A stretch of 64,000 nucleotides of DNA from Anthoceros angustus. Its lineage: Eukaryota; Plantae; Anthocerotophyta. The position numbers and the translations under genes were made by a program. Shown here piece after piece: positions 36,422-47,506 of the stretch; within the stretch, counting starts at the first letter, position 1; every line of letters starts with the position of its first letter. The stretch is from positions 62,001-126,000 of the forward strand of contig MU008194.1 in the NCBI GenBank assembly GCA_010909165.1. Reading direction: 5' to 3'. The notes under the pieces are model-generated. The model was not told the DNA's origin. It saw nothing but the letters and a program-made list of their open reading frames with translations, and made no database searches.

Positions 36422-39400
36422 CTAATTTCCAGACAGAAAACTGTGTATTAGTCCATCCAAATCTGTCCACCAGCTTTGACCCGGTTGCTTCCGTGCACTG
36501 ATTCTTTTTCTCCTCTCCTGCATCTCCTGTGCCTGATCCCACAGCTGGGCACCAGAGTATATGTTGGACATCAACACATATGTTGCAGCATCTTCCTTGT
36601 CTAGCTTCACCGCGTGGTCAAAAGCATGGCGTCCCAACTCTACGTTGCTCCACTTCCGACAAGCCCCCAATAGAGTATGCCAAACTGCCGCATTAGGCGG
36701 GACAGGCATTGTGCTTACCAAAGCTTGTGCCTCATCCAGTTGGCCTGAACGGCCCAGGAGATCCACCATGCACGTGTAGTGCTCCACTGTTGGAGCAATG
36801 CTGTAGTGTCTGCTCATAGCCTCGAAATACTCCCTACCCTTGTTCACAAGCCCTGCATGACTGCATACTGTTAGTACGCTAACGAATGTGATGCCTACTG
36901 GCTGTATGCCATCCTCTTTCATTCTCTGGAACAAGTCGAAGACCCCTTCACAGTCTCCTTGAAAAGCGTAGCCTGCAAGCAGCGCACTCCATGCGACAAC
37001 ATCTCTTTCAGTCAACGCATCAAAAACCTGCTGTGCATCAACCATGCTCCCGCATTTTCCATACATGTTTATCAAGCTGACGGCCACAAAGGAATCAGCT
37101 TGAAGTCCTTCTTCTTCAATCTGTGCATGTAGCTGCCTTCCTATATCCAAGGCTGCCACATTTGCACATGCCTGAAGGAGGGACACAAGTGTGAGGGAAT
37201 CAGATACAGCCATACCTTCTTCTTGCAGAGCACTGTAGAGACAGAGAGCTTCATGCCCCATCCCGTGCTGGGAAAGTCCTGCTATCATGGCAGTCCACGT
37301 CACCACATCCTTTTGACCAAGTCCATCAAAAACTCTCTGAGCGTCTACCAAGCTGCCACACTTTGCATACATGTTCACCAAACTGCTGACTATAAACATA
37401 TCGGCTTCATGCCCTTGTTCTATTATCTGCCTATGGAGGTGCTTCCCATTCTCCAAAGCAGGAGCACCCACACTTGCACATGCCTGCAGGAGGCACGTGA
37501 ATGTCACACAATCGGATACCGCAATGCCTTCTTCTTGCATAGCACTGTAGAGATTAAGAGCTTGCAGCCCCATGCCCCCACGGGAGTACCCTGCTATTAT
37601 GGCATTCCATGTCACCACATCTCTCCGACCAAGCCCATCAAAAACTTTCTGAGCATCTTCCAAGCTGCCACACTTTGAATACATGTCCACCAAACTGTTG
37701 GCGACAAAAAGATCAGCTTGAAGTCCTCGTTCTCTAATCTGCACATGGAGCTCCTTCCCCTTCTCCAACGCTTGGTTGCCCAAACCTGCACATGCCTGCA
37801 GGAGAGAGACAAACATCACAGGATCGGGCACAACTAGGCCGTCTTCTTGCATGGAGCTGTAGAGACAAAGGGCTTCCTGCCCCATGCCCTGCTGGAAATA
37901 TCCCGCAATTAGAGTAGTCCATGTCACCACATCTTTTTGATCAAGTCTGTCGAACACAGTCTTTGCATCTTCCAAGCTGCCACATTTTGCGTACATGTTT
38001 ACCAAACTGTTAGCTACGAACACATCAGCTTGAAGCCTTTGATCTCGAATTTGTGTATGAAGCTGCTTCCCCGTGCCCAAAGCTGGAGTGCCTACACCTG
38101 CACATGCCTGCAGGAGGCAAACATATGTTACAGAATTGGGTACAGCCAAACCTTCTTCTTGCATAGCTCTGTAGAGACGCAGGGCTTCCTGGCCCATTCC
38201 CTGCTGGGAGTATCCTGCAATTAACGCAGTCCACATCACCACATTTCTTTGAGCAAGACCCTCAAACAATCTTTGAGCCTCTTCCAAGTCGCCACACTTT
38301 GCATACATATTCACCAAGCTGCTGGTCACAGACACATTAGCTTCATGTCCCCCTTCTATAATCTGTGCATGAAGCTGCTTCCCCTTTTCTAATGCTGGGG
38401 TGCCTACACCTGCACATGCCTGCAAGAGGCACACAAATGTCACAGAATCTGGTACAACTAAGCCTTGTTCTTCCATAAAACTGTACACACGAAGGGCCTG
38501 CTGTCCCATGCCCTGCTGGGAATACCCTCCAATTAGAGCAGTCCATGTCACCACATCTTTTTGACAAAGTCCGTCAAAGACTCTCTGAGCATCTTCTACG
38601 CTCCCACATTTTGCATACATGTCAATCAAATTGTTGGCGACAAACACATCAGCCTGGTATCCACCTTCAATAATTTGTGCATGAAGCTGCTTTCCAGTCT
38701 CCAAAGCTGGGTCGCCAATACTTGCGCATGCCTGTAAGAGACACACAAATGTGATGGAATTGGGTACAGCGATGCCTTCATTTTGCATAGCACTGTAAAG
38801 TCGAAGGGCTTTCTGGCCCATGCCCTGCTGGGAATACCCTCCAATTAGTGCAGTCCAGGTCACCACATTTTTGGGACTAAGTGTGTCGAAAACAGTCTGG
38901 GCATCTGCCAAGCTGCCACACTTGGAATACATATTCACCAAACTGCTGGCAACAAGAAAGTCAGCTTGGTGTCCACATTCACTAATTCGTGCATGAAGCT
39001 CCTTGCCGGTCTCCAATGCTGGGGTGCCCACACTTGCACATGCTTGCAGGAGGCACACAAATGTCACTGAATCCGGTAAAGCAATCCCTTCTTCTTGCAT
39101 GGCACTGTAAAGACCAAGAGCTTCATGTCCCAAGCCCTGTTGAGAATACCCTGCTATCATGGCATTCCACGTTGCCACATCCTTTTGAAGAAGCGTATCA
39201 AACACTCTTCTAGCATCTTTCAGGCTTCCACACTTTGCATACATGTTTACCAAGCCGTTGGCCACAAATACATCAGCTTCACGTCCTCCTTCTCTTAGTT
39301 GTGTATGAAGCTGCTTCCCCAACTCCAAAGCCGGCATGCCCACACTTGCACATGCCTGCAGGACGCACACAATTGTTACAGAATTGGGTACAGTGGTGCC

Positions 39401-41298
39401 ATCTTCTTGCATTGATCTGAAGAGACCAAGAGCTTCCTGGCCCATGTGCTGCTGGGAGTACCCTGCAATGAGAGAAGTCCACGTCACTACATCTTTTTGC
39501 TCAAGTCCCTCAAACACTGTCCGAGCATCTTCCAAGCTGCCACATTTTGCATACATATGGACCAAACTATTCCCTACAATCACATCAGCTTGGTGTCCTC
39601 CTTTCCTAATTTCTGCATGAAGTTGCCTCCCCTCCTCTAGTGCCGGGGTGCCTAAAGTTGCACATGCTTGCAGGAGGCACATAAATGTCACAGAATTCGG
39701 GACCACAATGCCTTCATCTTGCATAGCTCTGTAGAGACTAAGAGCTTCCTGGCCCATGCCATGCTGGGAATACCCAGCTATCATGGCATTCCACGTTGCC
39801 ACATCCTTTTGAAGAAGCGTATCAAACACTCTTCTAGCATCTTTCAGGCTTCCACACTTTGCATACATGTTTACCAAGCCGTTGGCCACAAATACATCAG
39901 CTTCACGTCCTCCTTCTCTTAGTTGTGTATGAAGCTGCTTCCCAACTCCAAAGCCGGCATGCCCACACTTGCACATGCCTGCAGGACGCACACAATTGTT
40001 ACAGAATTGGGTACAGTGGTGCCATCTTCTTGCATTGATCTGAAGAGACCAAGAGCTTCCTGGCCCATGTGCTGCTGGGAGTACCCTGCAATGAGAGAAG
40101 TCCACGTCACTACATCTTTTTGCTCAAGTCCCTCAAACACTGTCCGAGCATCTTCCAAGCTGCCACATTTTGCATACATATGGACCAAACTATTCCCTAC
40201 AATCACATCAGCTTGGTGTCCTCCTTTCCTAATTTCTGCATGAAGTTGCCTCCCCTCCTCTAGTGCCGGGGTGCCTAAAGTTGCACATGCTTGCAGGAGG
40301 CACATAAATGTCACAGAATTCGGGACCACAATGCCTTCATCTTGCATAGCTCTGTAGAGACTAAGAGCTTCCTGGCCCATGCCATGCTGGGAATACCCAG
40401 AAATGAGAGCAGTCCAAGTTACCACATTTTTCTGACGAAGTCCGTCAAACACTCTCTGAGCGTTTTCCAAGCTGCCACACTTGGCATACATGTCCACCAA
40501 GCAATTGCAGACAAACACATCACGCTCAACACCACTTTCCAACACATCTGCATGCAGCTCCTGCCCGGCTTCGATGTCTGCTGCCCTTGCACAAGCCTGA
40601 AGAGCTGCCACAAATACGTAGCCATCTGGCTTCACACTTGACCTGCGCATCATATAATACAGATGAATGGCTTGCTTGTCTTGTCCGTGTTTGACATGCG
40701 CAGAAATTATAGAAGACCACATGAAGGCATCTGGTCTGGCAACCATGGTGAACACATCCATCGCATCTTGCAACTTGCCATGAGAAGCATACATTCGTAG
40801 AATGTGATTGCACAGGAACGTATCCGCTTCATATCCTTTTTGCACACAGAAGGCATGAACACGGCGACCAAGAACAAGATCCTTCTTCACTACACAGTCC
40901 TTCATGACAACATAAAAAATAGACCTGGAAACACGACCGTCTGCCTGCACCAGAAATCCCAAAGCCTCGACGGCCTCCTTGAGATGGCCCTGATGACATA
41001 GCTTGCGAACGGTTTGTACAGTGACACCTCTTTCGTATCCTGCAGGCCTGCGGGGGCCAGGATCATCCGGCAGCCTCAAGTTGCATGTGGAGGCGCGAAA
41101 ACCCATCTCCATATCCGAACGATCCACGCTGGGACAAACGTTTCCAACCAGACATGCTCTTTGCAGGGACTGGCTTTGATGTGAAGGTGCTGCACCTCGC
41201 GGCTTCGTTGGTTTCAGCAGTTGGTTCCTTGAAGTCAGGCAAACGGGAGCATTTCCTGGGCACTGTGATAACAGCCCCCACTTCGTTCGGTCCAGCAA
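36422..41298 (-). CDS. PLS-class pentatricopeptide repeat protein with E1-E2 and WW-type PG box, no DYW domain (~1625 aa if one frameshift is repaired)
   Basis: ORFs 39919-41298 and 36422-40105 are joined by a 1-nt loss in a C run at ~39941 (cccc in the duplicate at 39317). About 14 PLS triplets; C-terminus EHYTCMVDLLGRSG...VWHTLLGAC...QPGQSWWTDLDGLIHSF. Confidence 0.93.
39153..40400. repeat. Intragenic 624-bp tandem duplication (two PLS triplets)
   Basis: 39153-39776 and 39777-40400 appear identical by eye except for the one homopolymer base. Confidence 0.95.
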
Positions 41299-41545
41299 AT
41301 CTTTCTCGACAACGGGGTCTGTTGCCCTTCTCGTGAATCAAGTGCAAAGCTCTGGACAGCCATGGCTAGCAGCTGTGAGCCTCTGTCATCGAGCCTAGCT
41401 GCTTCGAGGTCGTGATTTGCCAATATCACAGGGCCACGTACAAGGATCTTTCTTACCTCATCCACTTCACAAACTCAACAGCACATTCATCCGTGCTCAA
41501 CACATCCGATACTATTCCTAACATGACTTTCACAAAGTTACGTAC

Positions 41546-43919
41546 ATGTCGCAGCTGGGGTGTGAAGAGCCTCTTCCTGTCATAAGCCGCCACCCGTTCC
41601 CTAGAGAAGAGCCAATCCCGACAGTTGGCAGGGATTGTCCTACCAGGGAACCTACATGCTCACATGCCTCGGTGCACTCATTGATGGGCAGTACAGTGAT
41701 TTCCTCCAAAGCTTTTGGCCCCACTGCTGTTTTTTTTAATGCTCCGTTCTGTCTCTCCTTCATCTGGAGCTGTGCAGCTGGACAACTGAAAGATGATTGG
41801 ATTGTTTTGATTTGGAGCTACAAGGAGCATTATGCAGAAACTCCTCACCTTCGCGAGGCAACGAGGTCGTGGACAAGTTCCAGGGTACCTGGCGTCTGGA
41901 AGAAGCTCTGCACCCCTGAAGGTTTTTTCTGGTAAGTTGATGTGTGGGAGGGAGATATTGTGACAATCCAACAAACCGCTTTGCGTCTGACCACCAAGGA
42001 GTTTGCCTATCAGGCTTTCCATGGAAGGGAGACAGGAGGGTCAGTCGGACGGCACTAGGCTTGTACTCCCTTTGGCCTAGAGCAGACCGACTGGACATTG
42101 GAGCACTAGGATTCTCTCAAGTTAGACTCAGTCATTCTCTGAGCCCAGACCTCGGGAGGTGGGAATTGGCACTGTATTTGTTCATTTGTCGCACTGCTAA
42201 TGGCTGTTTGAGGTATTTCAAGGAAGTATTGTGCAAATCAACATCTACGAGAGTACTAGTCCATTGCTGTGGGTGCAGGTTATCAGGGCAATCGGATGAT
42301 GTCATTCGACTATGTGCTGAGAATCGTCTTCAAGATGCTGTAGACATCCTGGAAAACATGGACCACCAAGGTATTTGGTCGCTAGGAACTGAAACATACA
42401 GTACTCTCCTGCTTGCTTGCATGAAGAGGCAAGCCCTCGTTCAAGGCAAGCGGGTACATGCGCACATCAACCGTGCTGGATTGCAGTCCAGCTTCTACCT
42501 TGGAGTTCTTCTGGTCAGGATGTATGCTGCCTGTGGGAAAATGGGGCTTGCAAGAACTGCTTTTCAGAAAGCGAGGAACTTTGCAGATGATGTGAAAAAG
42601 CAGAATGTTTTTATATGGAACGTCCTCATTAGAGGGTATGTGAAGCTCAAGCACAACACCGAGGCACTGAGAGCCTTTCGGGAGATGATCAATGAGGGCG
42701 TGAAGCCTGACAAGTTTGTCTTGGTGGCTGCCCTCAATGCCTGCACAAGCATAACAAACCTGGAGGATGGCAGGCAGATACACGACTTGGTCATCCACTA
42801 CGGGTTTGAGTCAGATCTTTTTGTGAACAATGCGCTCATAGAAATGTATGGGAAGTGTGGGAGTACAAGGTCAGCACGCCAAATATTTGAGAGCATGAGA
42901 CAACGTAATGTGGTGTCATGGAATGGTTTGATTGCTGGATATGCTCAGCATGGTCATGGTATTCACGCTTTTAAGATGTTTGAGCAGATGTGTCTAGAAG
43001 GATTCAAGCCAGATAGATCCACTTTTTCTTCCGTCCTGAAAGCATGCGGGGGTGCATCATCTCTGAAGGAAGGCAGACAAGTTCATATGCTTATCATGAA
43101 TAGTGAGTTCGCAGACGATACCTATCTGGGGACAGCACTTGTTGCCATGTACGCAAAGTGTGGAAACATGCAGGCAGCATTTGCAGTCTTCGAAGACCTA
43201 CCTATAAGACCTGAGGCACTATGGTCGGAGATGATAAAAGCATGTGCTAAAGGAGGGTATGATGTGGAAGCCATCAAACTCTTCGAGCAAATGCGGGTTG
43301 CCGATGTCAAGCCCACCACTGAGACTTGTGTACAGGTCCTTGGCGCATGTGCGAGTACAGGATCTTTGCAGCATGGCCACAATATTCATAGCAAAATAGT
43401 AAAAGTGGCTGTGAGCTAGACATCCTCATCGAAAATGCAATTATATCGATGTACACCACATGTCACAGCATGGAGTCCGCGAAACAAGTCTTTTACAAAA
43501 TGCGCTACAGGGATATTGTTTCATGGAACAGCATGCTCGAAGGATATGTCAAACACCAAGATGGCAAGGAGGCTCTGAAGCTTTATAAGCAGTTACTGCT
43601 GGATGATGCCAAACCCAACGCCATCACATATATGTGGGCCCTGCTTGCATGTGCCAGTCTCAAGGCTGCTGAGGAAGGCAGAAGGATCTACGCCCACGCC
43701 TGTAAGAGAGGGCTGGGATCAGATTTGTCATTGCAGGCAGCGGTTGTGGACATGTTTGTGAGGTGTGACAGCCCGCAGGACGCCATCAATGTGCTGCACA
43801 GCTTACCGAAACCACCTAGTGTGACATGGGTCTCCTTTTTTACCAGCAACTCCAAGCACAGCATCACTGAAGAGACCTCTCGTTTCTTGGAAAAACTGGG
43901 TACAGAACAAGAAACGTAG
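41546..43919 (+). CDS. PLS-class PPR protein without E/DYW; putative exon 1 41546(or 41684)-41931, exon 2 42279-43919; 1-nt frameshift at ~43400
   Basis: PLS motifs (NVFIWNVLIRGY, FVNNALIEMYGKCG, DIVSWNSMLEGY). Donor tg|gtaagt and acceptor tgcag|g join in phase. Adding one A to gtaaaagtggc restores KSGCELDILIENAIISMY. Exon 1 is less certain than the PPR call. Confidence 0.8.
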
Positions 43920-46506
43920 TTGAGCTGAACATGGAACAGCTGCGGCTGCATTCGGATTTCTGAATGAGTCTCTAACCTGCAAGATCCCAAATGTCGAGAA
44001 TTACCGCCCAGCAGAATCTTAAGGTAACTTCAACTGCCCTCTTCCCATTGTCGCCAGCAACCTTGTTCCCATTGTCGTTAGTAAAGGAGGATAACTCACA
44101 AGGAGCGTACCGGTGTTGACAGGTGCCCGTCTGGCATCTCCAAGGAAGTGTCTTCCTGTGAATCGCACCGTGGTGTGACCTGGACACTAAGAAAAGGGTT
44201 GCTACATCTGAGGATGCCTATGCTTCGGATCTTTAGCAGCGTCGTACGCTCTTCCTCGACGGCCTAGTGTCAGTGACGGTATCTTAATACGAGTCCTCGC
44301 CGAAGCGCACTATTGATTGTTGAGAGTTTGTGACTGGTCAGGAAGTGACGCACCTATCGTGCCATGAAGTGCGCTCAAGCGTAGACCGATGAACTGGGGA
44401 ATTGTGGCCCTGATTGTTCATATTTTGGGAATAATGGTAAAGCTGACTGCACGTAAGCTTGAACCCAAATGTTTCTCAAGTGCTTTTGTTTACCAGCTCT
44501 TTACTGACTTGAGGCTCCTCACTGCACTGAGAATAATTACAAAGGACATGGACTTAGGCTAAAATAGGGAGCCTGTGGGACTGGCCAAAGAATTCGGGAG
44601 ATGATCAATGAGGGCGTGAAGCCTGACAAGTTTGTCTTGGTGGCTGCCCTCAATGCCTGCACAAGCATAACAAACCTGGAGGATGGCAGATACACGACTT
44701 GGTCATCCACTACGGGTTTGAGTCAGATCTTTTGTGAACAATGCGCTCATAGAAATGTATGGGAAGTGTGGGAGTACAAGGTCAGCACGCCAAATATTGA
44801 GAGCATGAGACAACGTAATGTGGTGTCATGGAATGGTTTGATTGCTGGATATGCTCAGCATGGTCATGGTATTCACGCTTTTAAGATGTTTGAGCAGATG
44901 TGTCTAGAAGGATTCAAGCCAGATAGATCCACTTTTCTTCCGTCCTGAAAGCATGCGGGGTGCATCATCTCTGAAGGAAGGCAGACAAGTTCATATGCTT
45001 ATCATGAATAGTGAGTTCGCAGACGATACCTATCTGGGGACAGCACTTGTTGCCATGTACGCAAAGTGTGGAAACATGCAGGCAGCATTTGCAGTCTTCG
45101 AAGACCTACCTATAAGACCTGAGGCACTATGGTCGGAGATGATAAAAGCATGTGCTAAAGGAGGGTATGATGTGGAAGCCATCAAACTCTTCGAGCAAAT
45201 GCGGGTTGCCGATGTCAAGCCCACCACTGAGACTTGTGTACAGGTCCTTGGCGCATGTGCGAGTACAGGATCTTTGCAGCATGGCCACAATATTCATAGC
45301 AAAATAGTAAAAGTGGCTGTGAGCTAGACATCCTCATCGAAAATGCAATTATATCGATGTACACCACATGTCACAGCATGGAGTCCGCGAAACAAGTCTT
45401 TTACAAAATGCGCTACAGGGATATTGTTTCATGGAACAGCATGCTCGAAGGATATGTCAAACACCAAGATGGCAAGGAGGCTCTGAAGCTTTATAAGCAG
45501 TTACTGCTGGATGATGCCAAACCCAACGCCATCACATATATGTGGGCCCTGCATGTGCCAGTCTCAAGGCTGCTGAGGAAGGCAGAAGGATCTACGCCCA
45601 CGCCTGTAAGAGGGCTGGGATCAGATTTGTCATTGCAGGCAGCGGTTGTGGACATGTTTGTGAGGTGTGACAGCCGCAGGACGCCATCAATGTGCTGCAC
45701 AGCTTACCGAAACCACCTAGTGTGACATGGGTCTCCTTTTTTACCAGCAACTCCAAGCACAGCATCACTGAAGAGACCTCTCGTTTCTTGGAAAAACTGG
45801 GTACAGAACAAGAAACGTAGTTGAGCCCGAACATGGAACAGCTGCGGCTGCATTCGGATTTCTGAATGAGTCTCTAACCTGCAAGATCCCAAATGTCGAG
45901 AATTACCGCCCAGCAGAATCTTAAGGTAACTTCAACTGCCCTCTTCCCATTGTCGCCAGCAACCTTGTTCCCATTGTCGTTAGTAAAGGAGGATAACTCA
46001 CAAGGAGCGTACCGGTGTTGACAGGTGCCCGTCTGGCATCTCCAAGGAAGTGTCTTCCTGTGAATCGCACCGTGGTGTGACCTGGACACTAAGAAAAGGG
46101 TTGCTACATCTGAGGGATGCCTATGCTTCGGGATCTTTAGCAGCGTCGTACGCTCTTCCTCGACGGCCTAGTGTCAGTGACGGTATCTTAATACGAGTCC
46201 TCGCCGAAGCGCACTATTGATTGTTGAGAGTTTGTGACTGGTCAGGAAGTGACGCACCTATCGTGCCATGAAGTGCGCTCAAGCGTAGACCGATGAACTG
46301 GGGAATTGTGGCCCTGATTGTTCATATTTTGGGAATAATGGTAAAGCTGACTGCACGTAAGCTTGAACCCAAATGTTTCTCAAGTGCTTTTGTTTACCAG
46401 CTCTTTACTGACTTGAGGCTCCTCACTGCACTGAGAATAATTACAAAGGACATGGACTTAGGCTAAAATAGGGAGCCTGTGGGACTGGCCAAAGAATTCG
46501 GGGAGA
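42677..46506. repeat. ~1.9-kb tandem duplication (42677-44592 and 44593-46506)
   Basis: Junction at ttcggg(g)aga microhomology; the second copy has extra small deletions. Confidence 0.93.
44593..45821 (+). pseudogene. 5'-truncated duplicate of the plus-strand PPR gene
   Basis: Starts mid-motif (MINEGVKPDKFV) and has several frameshifts relative to 42686-43919. Confidence 0.85.
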
Positions 46507-46561
46507 GGAAGTTATCTCACACCTAACAAGAAGTGCAGGTTTGAATATTGAGAAAATGGAG

Positions 46562-47506
46562 TCAACCCAACCTTCTAACTACTTCAGCCGTGTAGCGTCC
46601 TTGATGTACAGCGAGTTCCATCTCCAGTTCCGAGGGCTGCCTTGATCCATTCCCTGTAAGAGTTCCCGCACCATAGGGGGATCCACCTCGTGGCTCATCT
46701 AAGGCGAACATCCCCTTGCCGAACGTGTAGCCAATGGGAACAAACAGCATACCGTGGTGCACAAGTTGAGTGATTGCTGTCAACCTGCAAAAGTTCACCA
46801 AGAGTTACAACAGCACTGAACGAACCATAACCGACCACAGTTGCGCTAAACATTTCCCAGACTCAAAGCAACCACGCTGGACACATAGGAGCGAGACACA
46901 CAGACTGCACAGTTCGAATCGGGCAAAACGTAAGACACATGAAACTTACGCCGTGGTCTCTTGTCCACCTCCCTGCGAACCAGTGCTCACAAACAGCCCG
47001 GCAGGCTTGCCCGCTAGCTTCTGGTCCTTCCACAGCTGGCCAGTGGAATCAAAGAACTGCTTCATTTGAGCCGCCATCGACCCAAACCTGGTGGGAAACC
47101 CGAATATCAGCCCGTCAGCTTCTACCATCTGCTCCGGCTGGATGGTGGGTACAGTAGGGTCCTTTTGTGGAGCCTGCATCTTGGCCAACACGTCATCTGG
47201 CAGTATCTCGGGGACTTGAAACAGATGCGCCTCGACACCCTCAATGCCGTCCACTCCCTCCTTGATCTTCTTAGCCAAGGCGGCAATGTGACCAAACAGG
47301 CTGTAATAACTGCCATCGCCAACAAAGCCGTGAGCAAACATAACGGCTTCAGACTACCAGTCTCCTAACGGACCACCTAACAGCACACCACTCACTCACA
47401 TTACGTAAATCTTCAGCTTCCGAGATGGCCGCGCTGGGGACCTGGAAGGAGACTCTGCCAAAACCGAGCGTGAGTTCAACCGCTCCACCACCCGCTTCTC
47501 GGACAT
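46562..47506 (-). CDS. FQR1: Flavodoxin-like NAD(P)H:quinone oxidoreductase (WrbA/FQR1 family); exons 47506-47400, 47309-46950, 46784-46562
   Basis: Spliced product KLKIYVIYYSLFGH...ADGLIFGFPTRFG...[40 protein letters not shown]...GGSPYGAGT. GT-AG introns of 90 and 165 nt join in phase. The symbol indicates family, not proven orthology. Confidence 0.95.
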
